IMG/VR virus record: IMGVR_UViG_3300027792_000307
Coordinates: 128,866-154,999 of that record
DNA: 26,134 nucleotides
Source: a virus
Lineage: Duplodnaviria > Heunggongvirae > Uroviricota > Caudoviricetes
Direction: 5' to 3' (one strand)
The stretch's first letter is position 1. Each line of letters begins with the position of its first letter. Positions 9,046 to 17,948 of this stretch are shown piece after piece. The notes beneath the pieces were generated by a model, which was not told the DNA's origin, did no database searches, and saw only the letters and a program-made list of their open reading frames with translations. The position numbers and the translations under genes are program-made.

Positions 9046-9432
9046 TTAAGTTAATAAAACTTTAACTGAAGTAGCTGTAGCTACTGTTTCAAGAGCTACA
9101 CCAATTTTAGCTCCAGCAGCTGGACTAGAACTTCCAACGTGACCAGCAGCAGAATTTACACACAAGTCATCACCAACAGTTATAGATCCAGAACTCATAC
9201 ATCTTACTATATTACCTGGACCCCAAACAGCTAAGTATTCATTGTCTGTAACATCGTAAGCTGCAACTCCAACAACACCAGTACTCATAGTTGGTGCTAT
9301 TTTAACTTCCATTGTATCAGCTGGATAAACAACTTGTCCCTTTTTAATTGTACCTGAAGCTTTAAAATTATAAGCCGAGGTTCCTTCTTGAAAAATAATA
9401 TCATCTGAAGGAGACGTGAATGTTAATGCCAT
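9046..9432 (-). CDS. Capsid decoration/cement protein (DUF2190-like), paralogue 1
   Basis: ASGTIKKGQVV, VGVAAYD, ITVGDDL, KIGVALE; near-identical blocks with 8603..9010. Confidence 0.75.
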   Translation of the reverse strand: MALTFTSPSDDIIFQEGTSAYNFKASGTIKKGQVVYPADTMEVKIAPTMSTGVVGVAAYDVTDNEYLAVWGPGNIVRCMSSGSITVGDDLCVNSAAGHVGSSSPAAGAKIGVALETVATATSVKVLLT

Positions 9433-9461
9433 AATTTATTTCCTTTTATTTTAAACAGAAT

Positions 9462-10766
9462 TTACATAAACTCTGAAGACGTAACAATTCCATTACTTAC
9501 ACGAATAGCTGGCTCTATTTCTAGAACTGGCTCCGTGGTTGCTTGGATAGTTTTAATTTCCTGTTTAACTTCTGACACAGGTTCTTGTTTCTTTTCTGGT
9601 TCTTTAGATTTATTGATTATCTCAATTTTTTTCTCTAAAGCTTGAATAGCATCATCCCGAACTTTCAACGAAGATTTTAATTCCTCAGTGTAATCCAATT
9701 TGGATATTTTTTCACTGAGAGTATCTACTTTCTTCATCAGAGAATCCATTGTAAGATCAGGTTTCAGTTCTGGAGTTGGTACCGTTTCTGGTGCCGATAG
9801 TTTAGCTTTCTGGCTTTTCTTCATCCATGCCTTTGCAATATCCTGTGCAGTCGATTTGGGATTCCTAATGATATAATCAAGCATAAATATAGCCATATCC
9901 ATTTCCTCTGGCTTTTCCTCTTCTGGAGGAGCCTCCGGTTGTTCTACTGGAGGAAACGGTGGAGCTTCTGGCTCTTGTTTCACTTCAGGAACTGGAATTG
10001 GGATTTCAGCTTTTTTCTCTTCTTTGCTCATTTCTGCTGGAACCTTTTCTTCTTCTGGTTTCTTTTTAGCTAATTCCATGAATACTGTCATATCTTTAGC
10101 TAATTTTTCCAAAGCCTCTAATCGTTCCTCAACTGAAAGTTCTATTGGTTCTACACAGTCTGTGCAAGGAGTTGCATCTTTCTTAATTTCTTCTACCATA
10201 TTTTCCTTACTTATATTATCTACATTTAAAACATCAATATTACTTTGGAACTTATTAAAATCTGATTTAGCAATCACTACAAACCCAGATTTTTGATTAA
10301 CTGGTTCCGTACATACACTAACTTCAAATATGTTAATTTTATCTAATACTGTGACGCACTCTTTATTATCGCATACTTTATGGGATAAGAGTACCTCACA
10401 ACCAATTGAAAAGCCTGATATTTGTTTTTGTAATATAGCAGCCCAAATTTCATCGGCTACTTTAATATCCTTACGAATTTCACAGACTATAAATAATCCT
10501 TTATTATCAACACCTGTTTTATATTTTCCATAAGATGGGATTATTTTTCCTATCTGTATATTTTTATGCATAATCATAAGGTTTGCATAAGACGAATCGG
10601 CCAATAATGATTGTATTCCCTTCTGTAATACCGATAAAGGTATATATTGATTTTCTTGATCTATAATTGCCACGTTGGCGTAGCCAGCGATTATTCTTTT
10701 TCCATCTGATTTACTCAATAGTATTTTTGTATTTCCCTTCAAGCATATATTTATTTTATCTTCCAT
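9462..10766 (-). CDS. HK97-family prohead protease fused to a scaffold domain
   Basis: IAGYA, MHK (His), GLFI, SGFSIG (Ser), FEVSV..PVN motifs; C-terminal half is Pro/Glu-rich and coiled-coil. Confidence 0.88.
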   Translation of the reverse strand: MEDKINICLKGNTKILLSKSDGKRIIAGYANVAIIDQENQYIPLSVLQKGIQSLLADSSYANLMIMHKNIQIGKIIPSYGKYKTGVDNKGLFIVCEIRKDIKVADEIWAAILQKQISGFSIGCEVLLSHKVCDNKECVTVLDKINIFEVSVCTEPVNQKSGFVVIAKSDFNKFQSNIDVLNVDNISKENMVEEIKKDATPCTDCVEPIELSVEERLEALEKLAKDMTVFMELAKKKPEEEKVPAEMSKEEKKAEIPIPVPEVKQEPEAPPFPPVEQPEAPPEEEKPEEMDMAIFMLDYIIRNPKSTAQDIAKAWMKKSQKAKLSAPETVPTPELKPDLTMDSLMKKVDTLSEKISKLDYTEELKSSLKVRDDAIQALEKKIEIINKSKEPEKKQEPVSEVKQEIKTIQATTEPVLEIEPAIRVSNGIVTSSEFM

Positions 10767-11015
10767 TTATATTACCTTACTTAATAACATAGTTACTAAT
10801 GTTACTATTACTGCAACCGTTCCAGATATGGTTGCCATTTTTACTTGTAATAAAGTTAATCTATCATTAAATTTATCTATTTTATCATCACAACATCTAA
10901 TTGCTTCCTTTATCTCCTTTAATTCTGTATTACTATCTTCTAATGCTCTCACGACATATCCTCGCCATTTCGACATTTCCATATCCCAGTCATCAAAAGC
11001 CTTTTCTTCAATCAT
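10767..11015 (-). CDS. Coiled-coil protein with C-terminal transmembrane helix (XhlA/holin-accessory-like)
   Basis: Heptad-like charged N-terminus followed by hydrophobic ISGTVAVIVTLVTMLL. Confidence 0.6.
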   Translation of the reverse strand: MIEEKAFDDWDMEMSKWRGYVVRALEDSNTELKEIKEAIRCCDDKIDKFNDRLTLLQVKMATISGTVAVIVTLVTMLLSKVI

Positions 11016-11464
11016 ATCTCATCCTCATCAGTAGCAATAGCCATAACACCAGATACACCATCATATATAAGAGGTATAGCTATCAATCCATACCTTCTTT
11101 TAGTTGCTGGAGAAGTAAATTCCCTGATAATTATCTTCCTGCGTTTGATTGCAGATACAAATGGGTCCCATTCCGGAATCGTGTCTAAATTATATAAAGT
11201 CTTATAAACTGGGTCACCGGGACTAGGACATATTCCCAATCTATCCTTTAACATTTCTTTCAATTTCTTATTAACTAATGCCATTTTAAGATCTATTGTT
11301 ACAATCGCTATATAGCTATCAATATTATCTATGATGAGTTGATATTCATTTAGCTTTTTAAGAACATCGTCATGCGAACCAATTCTTTCAGGCATAACGA
11401 AAGTCTCCGCAAATCTTGTATCTAACTTTTCAGTTAGAGTTTTTAAAGCAAATAGTTCTACCAT
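11012..11464 (-). CDS. Stand-alone PAS-domain protein
   Basis: IIDNIDSYIAIVTIDLKMALVNK...GDPVYKTLY...RRYGLIAIPLIYDGVSGVMAIATD follows the PAS/PAC consensus. Confidence 0.75.
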   Translation of the reverse strand: MVELFALKTLTEKLDTRFAETFVMPERIGSHDDVLKKLNEYQLIIDNIDSYIAIVTIDLKMALVNKKLKEMLKDRLGICPSPGDPVYKTLYNLDTIPEWDPFVSAIKRRKIIIREFTSPATKRRYGLIAIPLIYDGVSGVMAIATDEDEI

Positions 11465-11471
11465 ATTTTAC

Positions 11472-11651
11472 CTAGGCCCAACGATGAGGTAACCATTTAT
11501 TAGTAGCGTAATTATAAGAATACAAACAACACATCAATCCGGCAGTATTACTTAATCCAGATATCCTCATAGTTCCTACATTAACTACACCAGGATAACT
11601 TTTAGCTCCAGAAACACTTGAACTATATCTATAACCCCCAATTATTGACAA
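11472..11651 (-). CDS. Small hypothetical protein (59 aa, TTG start)
   Basis: Below the ORF-track cutoff; GAGGGAG SD then TTG; MSIIGGYRYSSSVSGAKSYPGVVNVGTMRISGLSNTAGLMCCLYSYNYATNKWLPHRWA fills the gap. Confidence 0.7.
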   Translation of the reverse strand: MSIIGGYRYSSSVSGAKSYPGVVNVGTMRISGLSNTAGLMCCLYSYNYATNKWLPHRWA

Positions 11652-11663
11652 TTTTCTCCCTCT

Positions 11664-11984
11664 CTAATTCAATACATCAATAACTTCTTTTTTAATTGCA
11701 TCTTTATTTTCTATAAATGTTATATCTTCCTTCCCGATTAAATCATATGAATTATCTTCCAACTTTACAATATAATTCTTGCTAAATAGCTGCTTTTCCT
11801 TTTCCAATAGAGTATCTAACTTTGTTTCGAGCTGTTTTGTCTGTTCTACCTGCCTATTTATAGAATCTTCTAATAGTTGCAATTCTTTGAGGCGATTGTC
11901 GTATATCTGGGTCTTTTCCTCTATTTCCTTATTTCTGTCCGCTAATCGCTTGTTCAATTCGCTCAGAACTATCTCCGCTACCAT
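11664..11984 (-). CDS. Coiled-coil hypothetical protein (106 aa)
   Basis: Heptad-rich sequence; GGGGG upstream; overlaps the 3' end of the 1557-aa gene by 56 nt. Confidence 0.65.
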   Translation of the reverse strand: MVAEIVLSELNKRLADRNKEIEEKTQIYDNRLKELQLLEDSINRQVEQTKQLETKLDTLLEKEKQLFSKNYIVKLEDNSYDLIGKEDITFIENKDAIKKEVIDVLN

Positions 11985-14900
11985 CTATAACCCCCAATTC
12001 TTTATAAACATCTTCCAATTTTTCGTCTGGCATCATAGTAACAACCATCTTTGCCAGATTATTTATTTCACCTATAGCAGCATTAATTTGAGACGAAGTA
12101 GAAACTATATCTCGTTGCTTTTTTAGAGCTTTAGTTATTTTATCTACCTCTTTTTCCATATCCTTATTTGTTATTTTTAATTCTCCTAAAGTTGCTATTA
12201 GAGAATCAACTCTCTTTAAAACTTTTTCTAATTTATCCTGGGCTTCATTGTAATGGTCTTTTTCATCTTTCTGGAATTTCTTAAGTTTCTCTAATGTATC
12301 TCCAACGTCTTTTATTAATTTATCCTTTTGTGGGTATGTCCAAACAGATTTTCTTCCATATACCGCGTAATATTGAGCTTTTCCACCTCCTCCGCCTCCT
12401 CCATAAGGCTCCAGATTTGATGAAATCCATTTAACTGTATCTGTATCTCCAGTAAGAGTTCTATCAGCGTGGCTCCATATTTGAGCTGGAGTTGCACCTC
12501 CACCCAATGATATACCACTAATTTGTGATGAAATGGAACCAACCTGTGAAGAAATATACTCTATATCTGGGATTACTTTATCATGTAACTGTGAAGATAT
12601 ATAATCTAATTCTGGAGTGATTGAAGATAAATCCGCAAGACCTGTGTCCCAAGAACCTTCTCCGTGCCATTGTCCTAATGGTAATTGTGATGATATATTA
12701 TGTATTTGTGATGAAATACCACGTATCTGGCTGGAAACCCATGCATCAGATGTGGCAGATGTTAATGTTCTAGTTACATATTCCCACACTTGTTGTGCAG
12801 AAGCCCCAGATATGGAAGCGGTGCTTACTAAATAGCCCGTTGTCCCACCAGTCATATGGTCTGAAATACTCTCATCCCAAACTGAATCTGAAATAGTATC
12901 TCTATTGATTAAATCTGTTTGATTTATGGTAGTCCCACCTGTAGTTCCAGTTACACTCCCAACCCCTCTTGCTATAATACTACCTTCTATATCAGTTGCG
13001 TCAACTATCAATCTTCCAGATGGAGCATTGAAACTCACATTTGTTCCGGGTGTTATTATGTTAGTTAATTTTATACCACCACGATAATTCCAGATACCAA
13101 GACTTTCACAGTCATTAACCTCTAATACCGGTGTACCACTTCCAGGAACTCCATCTGTGCAATTGAAGAAATTGGTTGTAATACTATTATTTAATTCTAT
13201 AGTACCTGTTAATACACAATCATGTGCATCTAGTGAAATATTATTTAAATTCCCTATTACACAATCATGGAATACTGCATTAGAACCATTTCCTGCAGTC
13301 CCTTCGACCGTGCATTCTTTTACAACAGAATTTACAACTATTGTATTATCTACGGTAACTGTAGAATTTTTTATTCCTTGTCCGATAAGTGTTCCGCCCA
13401 CATAATAAGGAATATCCACTGAAGATATTGTTAGGTCTCCTATAATGTATAAGATTGTAAATCCTCTCGCTGCTCCAATTGCTGCAGCATTTAATATAGT
13501 CTTACATGGATAAGCAGTTGTACCATATGGATACGTTGAAGAATCTGTACCACTAACTACATCAATTGTTATGCCTCCATTGAAAGAAGCATATTCTATT
13601 TCAGACATTTCTGCAAGGGTAGATTCAACTAAATTAGATACAGACATCTCTACTACAACACTATGAGGGTCTAATGTTGAAACTACAACACTTTCACCTG
13701 CAGGGTCTGTAAAAATATTTCCTTCTAATGTAAGCCGATAATTACCTTCAGCCGGTCTTATTCTCCAATCATTCATCATAAAGTAAGTTATTCCTAAATC
13801 TTTTGTAGCTGATATTTCATCCCCACCAGCAGTTCTTAAAGCTTGCTTATATTTTATATTCTGTGAACTAACTACCCAATCAATCCAAGCAGAATATATC
13901 CCTTCTTGGATATTTATGGTTGTTGTACCAGATATACCAATAATTCGGTGGCATTGTCCACTAAAGATTACATCTTCTGTTGGAGTTGTATATGCTAAAT
14001 CATCTTCCATTACAACTGGGATTGAGTAGTCACTGGATTCTAATATTGTTTTTAATTTCTGGTATTCATATCCTTCTTTCAATATAGCGATATCCACCTG
14101 ACTTCCTACATCAGTATCTGAATATGTATATGAAGATGTTTCAATTGGAGTTGTTTCAATCTCAAGAATAGTTTCTGAACCAGAAGCTAAATAAGCTATT
14201 CTGGTTCCACTTATTAATCCGGTTAAAGTTACAGTATATTCATTTAAAGGATATAAAGCCAACTGGTCATTTGCAGTTGTATCCATAGTAACATAGAAAC
14301 TATTTAAATAATTTGTTCCTGGAGTTACACAAGTTATTCTAAATTTAAGTTTGAAACCCAACGTTGCAGATATTGATTCCGCAGCCAAATTAGCTGAAGT
14401 GGCATCTTTCCAAGAGCCATTCCAACCATTTCCATCATTCTTATCTATCTGATACTCATATGATAGGTTCCCAGTGTTTCCACCACCTTTAGTTGCATCT
14501 GATGCTGCAAATGCTGTGTATCCTTTAATATAGTAAGGCCACGTATAGATTACTACATCCCCTGCGTTATACATATATAATGCACCAGCAGAATTAAATG
14601 TAGATGCTCCAGTTAAACCAGTTGTATCTACATATGCAGCGTATGTGGATGTTGCTTCATTGAATCTAAAACCAACCCTACCAACGGTTGCTGAAACAAA
14701 ATAATTATAGAATATAGTGCCATAAACTGAAGTATATCCAGTATAAGCAGAAGTATATGTCCCCCCTTTTATAACTCCATCTAAAGGAACGAACCCAGAA
14801 TCAACAGCAGTTCCATCAACTCTGCTATAACCAAAGTAACAGTTCTCTAATATAATCCCCTTGGATGAGTTCACTTCATTAATGAACCTAGTGGCAATGT

Positions 14901-16602
14901 TATCAAAGTAAATTCTCTGGATTTTTGTATCTATCGAGTTACCACCATCATTCAAAGCATATAACATCATATTTGTGTTACCAGCTTTTAATGGAGTAGT
15001 AGAATTCCCAGCATTATACCATCTAGTATTATTAGCTGCAATTGTATACAAGAATGCTGTATCAACATGAACTTCGCACATAGTACTTGGAACTGTTGGC
15101 CACCAGCCACCACCACTGATAACTGTATCAACGCAACCAGCACCAATCCTTACTGCACCAACTGGAGCAGAAGTTGCTACAGAAACCGAATGGAAACTAT
15201 CTGCGTATCTTGGATTTTCAATATAAGTATCACTACATTCTGCAAATGCTAATGAGTTACCAACCATAACAGGATTTATGAATCTTAAACCTTTACAAGT
15301 TAATGCATAAAATGGATAAGATGCTGCATTGGTTCTGAAGATGCGATTCTGGAAATGACAATCTGTGAATGTTATATCATTACTGTAACTTACATATGTA
15401 CCGTAATCGGCAGAACCCATAGACCCTGTTCTTCCCCATTTACAATTTGAAATGGAACCACCAGCTAAACAGGAAGTTATAGAAACTGCATTAACATCGG
15501 TGTTAAGATAGTTACCTAAATGGAATTCTTTTATTGTGAAAGAACTTGCAATCTCTTGCAATATCATAGAATCTAATGTTGCACAATTCATTATGGATAT
15601 ACTGTAAGGTTGGACTATATTGAAGTACCAAGTGCTTAATGCTCCACTGATATCTATGTTACCAGCGTTTGTAGTTGTAAATTCTGGTCTACTAGCAACT
15701 GTTGCATGTGGGAGAGAATTACTTGACCTTGCAGCTGTTCCACAAGGTACTAACAGAACATTAGGTATCCTTACTCTGCTATTAGTGGAAGGAAGGAATC
15801 CGTAATCTTTATAGTTATGTGCACCAATTCTTATTTGCCCACTATCTCTCATTTCAACGAACTTGCTTCTTCTATCGGTTCCTTTTGCACTCCCAGACCA
15901 ACCAGATGCAAGTGTATTACCATAATTTTGAGCTGGCCAGAACTCATAAGAATTGCTACTATAATAACTTTCTATCCAAACACCAGGATATCTTGTATAT
16001 CTCCCGCCAGAGCAAGTTGGCAATTGAATTATTTGCCCTCTAACTCCATTAGTGTTATCTAAATAGAACCATTTACCTCTCACTTTCCATGTTTGTGCTC
16101 TACCTATGGTTATATTTGCTCCATCATCAAGCACAACTTCAATCCACCCAGTAACATCAGTATTTGTCGCTTTTGCAGAAATCCCCAATAGATTCTCTCC
16201 AGAAACAAATGCTGTTGGTTTTACACTCTTTAATTTAATATAACCAGTTGGTGGAATTGTATTCCCAGATTTTGGACCTCTATACAAATCCTGATAAGCT
16301 CCAAGAAATTGCCCACTAACTAAACTTGTTGCACCGCTTATATAAGTACCCCATTGTGGTACTGGTCCTGTACCATCTTTGTAACTAAGCCATCTCACGT
16401 TAGTCCCATCAATTAATACTTGCCCACCACCAGCGTCAGTCATAGTAAAAGACCCTAGAGAACCTTTACCTCTGGAGGGTGCATTTCTATGATATCTTGT
16501 ATCTGTATTAATTGTTAGAGTGGCATTGCTATTAATAGTCATAGCTTCTCCAGCAGTTCTTGCAGCAGAATCCAAATCTTGAGATACTGATATTGTAGCC
16601 AT
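11929..16602 (-). CDS. Large fibre/spike-like virion protein (1557 aa) with beta-helix regions and C-terminal coiled coil
   Basis: Asn/Thr/Ser/Gly-rich beta-helix-like repeats, two AQx(V/I)W...RTLT shaft repeats, ISSQ repeats, a G-rich linker, then a charged coiled coil. Confidence 0.65.
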   Translation of the reverse strand: MATISVSQDLDSAARTAGEAMTINSNATLTINTDTRYHRNAPSRGKGSLGSFTMTDAGGGQVLIDGTNVRWLSYKDGTGPVPQWGTYISGATSLVSGQFLGAYQDLYRGPKSGNTIPPTGYIKLKSVKPTAFVSGENLLGISAKATNTDVTGWIEVVLDDGANITIGRAQTWKVRGKWFYLDNTNGVRGQIIQLPTCSGGRYTRYPGVWIESYYSSNSYEFWPAQNYGNTLASGWSGSAKGTDRRSKFVEMRDSGQIRIGAHNYKDYGFLPSTNSRVRIPNVLLVPCGTAARSSNSLPHATVASRPEFTTTNAGNIDISGALSTWYFNIVQPYSISIMNCATLDSMILQEIASSFTIKEFHLGNYLNTDVNAVSITSCLAGGSISNCKWGRTGSMGSADYGTYVSYSNDITFTDCHFQNRIFRTNAASYPFYALTCKGLRFINPVMVGNSLAFAECSDTYIENPRYADSFHSVSVATSAPVGAVRIGAGCVDTVISGGGWWPTVPSTMCEVHVDTAFLYTIAANNTRWYNAGNSTTPLKAGNTNMMLYALNDGGNSIDTKIQRIYFDNIATRFINEVNSSKGIILENCYFGYSRVDGTAVDSGFVPLDGVIKGGTYTSAYTGYTSVYGTIFYNYFVSATVGRVGFRFNEATSTYAAYVDTTGLTGASTFNSAGALYMYNAGDVVIYTWPYYIKGYTAFAASDATKGGGNTGNLSYEYQIDKNDGNGWNGSWKDATSANLAAESISATLGFKLKFRITCVTPGTNYLNSFYVTMDTTANDQLALYPLNEYTVTLTGLISGTRIAYLASGSETILEIETTPIETSSYTYSDTDVGSQVDIAILKEGYEYQKLKTILESSDYSIPVVMEDDLAYTTPTEDVIFSGQCHRIIGISGTTTINIQEGIYSAWIDWVVSSQNIKYKQALRTAGGDEISATKDLGITYFMMNDWRIRPAEGNYRLTLEGNIFTDPAGESVVVSTLDPHSVVVEMSVSNLVESTLAEMSEIEYASFNGGITIDVVSGTDSSTYPYGTTAYPCKTILNAAAIGAARGFTILYIIGDLTISSVDIPYYVGGTLIGQGIKNSTVTVDNTIVVNSVVKECTVEGTAGNGSNAVFHDCVIGNLNNISLDAHDCVLTGTIELNNSITTNFFNCTDGVPGSGTPVLEVNDCESLGIWNYRGGIKLTNIITPGTNVSFNAPSGRLIVDATDIEGSIIARGVGSVTGTTGGTTINQTDLINRDTISDSVWDESISDHMTGGTTGYLVSTASISGASAQQVWEYVTRTLTSATSDAWVSSQIRGISSQIHNISSQLPLGQWHGEGSWDTGLADLSSITPELDYISSQLHDKVIPDIEYISSQVGSISSQISGISLGGGATPAQIWSHADRTLTGDTDTVKWISSNLEPYGGGGGGGKAQYYAVYGRKSVWTYPQKDKLIKDVGDTLEKLKKFQKDEKDHYNEAQDKLEKVLKRVDSLIATLGELKITNKDMEKEVDKITKALKKQRDIVSTSSQINAAIGEINNLAKMVVTMMPDEKLEDVYKELGVIDGSGDSSERIEQAISGQK

Positions 16603-16624
16603 TACCTATATTTTCCTGATAACA

Positions 16625-16999
16625 TTAGTTATCTAATACTTTTAGAATTTTCCCAACTTTACCTTTATGTAATATAAAACTTCCTTCTTTAATTCCTTCT
16701 ATTGAGTTCGGCGTATCTATAGATTTTTTCCATTCCTCGGATTCTTCTCCGGGTTCAGCTTCATCACCAGGTTCATCTGGATTAGGAACTTTTTTTCTAT
16801 CATCCTCTTTTTTCTCCTCTATAGATTTTTCAGAGCCTTCATACCCACCAGCATGAGCTGCGGCTCCCTGTGCATCTGCTTTTTTTCTTGCAGCTTCTTT
16901 AGATGCCGGATTGCTTGGGTCATAATGGTATCTAGCTCCTTTTGATCCCCACCTGCAGAAGTAGCCATCTTTATCTTTTAAACCGCATTTCGTAGGCGT
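16625..16999 (-). CDS. Hypothetical phage protein (RWGxxGxxY...AxKKAxAQG type) with acidic linker
   Basis: ORF track 16625..17026. A perfect GAGGTGAT SD points to ACG at 16999 (MPTKCG...); the start is uncertain. Confidence 0.65.
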   Translation of the reverse strand, partial: TPTKCGLKDKDGYFCRWGSKGARYHYDPSNPASKEAARKKADAQGAAAHAGGYEGSEKSIEEKKEDDRKKVPNPDEPGDEAEPGEESEEWKKSIDTPNSIEGIKEGSFILHKGKVGKILKVLDN

Positions 17000-17009
17000 A
17001 AATATCACC

Positions 17010-17318
17010 TCAAATTTTAATATCACAGTAGAAATGATCCTTGCAAATTTTGTTATTCCAATTAAGTCTCACGGACTCTCCAAATATCTTTCTACATCTA
17101 TATAGCATAATCCCCCAAGTCTCTCCTAATACAGTATCTATATGATCCCTTAATATAATTATTGGATTTTTACTATATGGGGAATCTATAATAATGAACT
17201 CCGATTCGTGTATTAAATTAATATCTTCTGGCCAATATATTTTTGTGGTTACTTGTTTATATTTTATTAATTCACATAGAGGACAGGATATTACCCATAG
17301 AGGATCTTCATTAATCAT
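17010..17318 (-). CDS. Degenerate HIT-fold-like protein with CxxC
   Basis: CPLC near the N-terminus, IYW..EFIIID...PIIILRDH, and C-terminal DHFYCD where HxHxH normally sits. Confidence 0.5.
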   Translation of the reverse strand: MINEDPLWVISCPLCELIKYKQVTTKIYWPEDINLIHESEFIIIDSPYSKNPIIILRDHIDTVLGETWGIMLYRCRKIFGESVRLNWNNKICKDHFYCDIKI

Positions 17319-17455
17319 AAAAATCTTAAAGTTTTCCCATCCTCTTCAATTAATAAATAATCGCCCAATTTAATGCAGGCATTCCATCTACAATTTTTAC
17401 AAAGATTACCAAAGTTCTTACATTTATTTTGGAATGAACAAATTACTTCTGCCAT
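17315..17455 (-). CDS. Small Cys-rich (zinc-finger-like) protein, 46 aa
   Basis: Not in the ORF track; GGTGA SD; MAEVICSFQNKCKNFGNLCKNCRWNACIKLGDYLLIEEDGKTLRFL; ATGA overlap with the next gene. Confidence 0.75.
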   Translation of the reverse strand: MAEVICSFQNKCKNFGNLCKNCRWNACIKLGDYLLIEEDGKTLRFL

Positions 17456-17459
17456 AAAA

Positions 17460-17948
17460 TCACCTTATATGTGCTCCTTTGCAAGCTGGATTCAAAACTA
17501 CAGCAAGTCCAAAGAAAGCAATATCTTCAGCAAATCTCATATTTTCCTGAAAATCCCATCTATCCACAGAACTTAACTCAACAGACAAACTATTAACTAG
17601 GCCAGCATCAATCAACGCTATGGTATCTTTTGCATTTTGTGTTATAGGATAAATATATAAATCCCCAACCACTGCATTTTTATACCATCTTTGATTTTTA
17701 ACTATACCTATCCTATCTAAAGTTCCTTGAGAATGGTCCACATTAAGATAGTTTTCTTCCCATCTGGAAGCAGATTTACAAAGTTGTTCTTCTGTATACT
17801 TAACCGGAGCTCTGGTCATTGCGTCAGACCATTCACCCGGAGTTAATAATACAGCGTTATTATATACGCGAGCATCCCCAGATTTTTGGATAATCTTATT
17901 ATCATAAACTAACTTTGTAGTTAATTTATGAGTTGTTCTTTCTACCAT
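17460..17948 (-). CDS. Second prohead-type serine protease (Mu I/DUF2213-like)
   Basis: LLTPGEW, LNVDH (His), IG, SLSVE (Ser), GLAVVLNPA motifs; GGAGG SD; directly after portal. Confidence 0.7.
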   Translation of the reverse strand: MVERTTHKLTTKLVYDNKIIQKSGDARVYNNAVLLTPGEWSDAMTRAPVKYTEEQLCKSASRWEENYLNVDHSQGTLDRIGIVKNQRWYKNAVVGDLYIYPITQNAKDTIALIDAGLVNSLSVELSSVDRWDFQENMRFAEDIAFFGLAVVLNPACKGAHIR

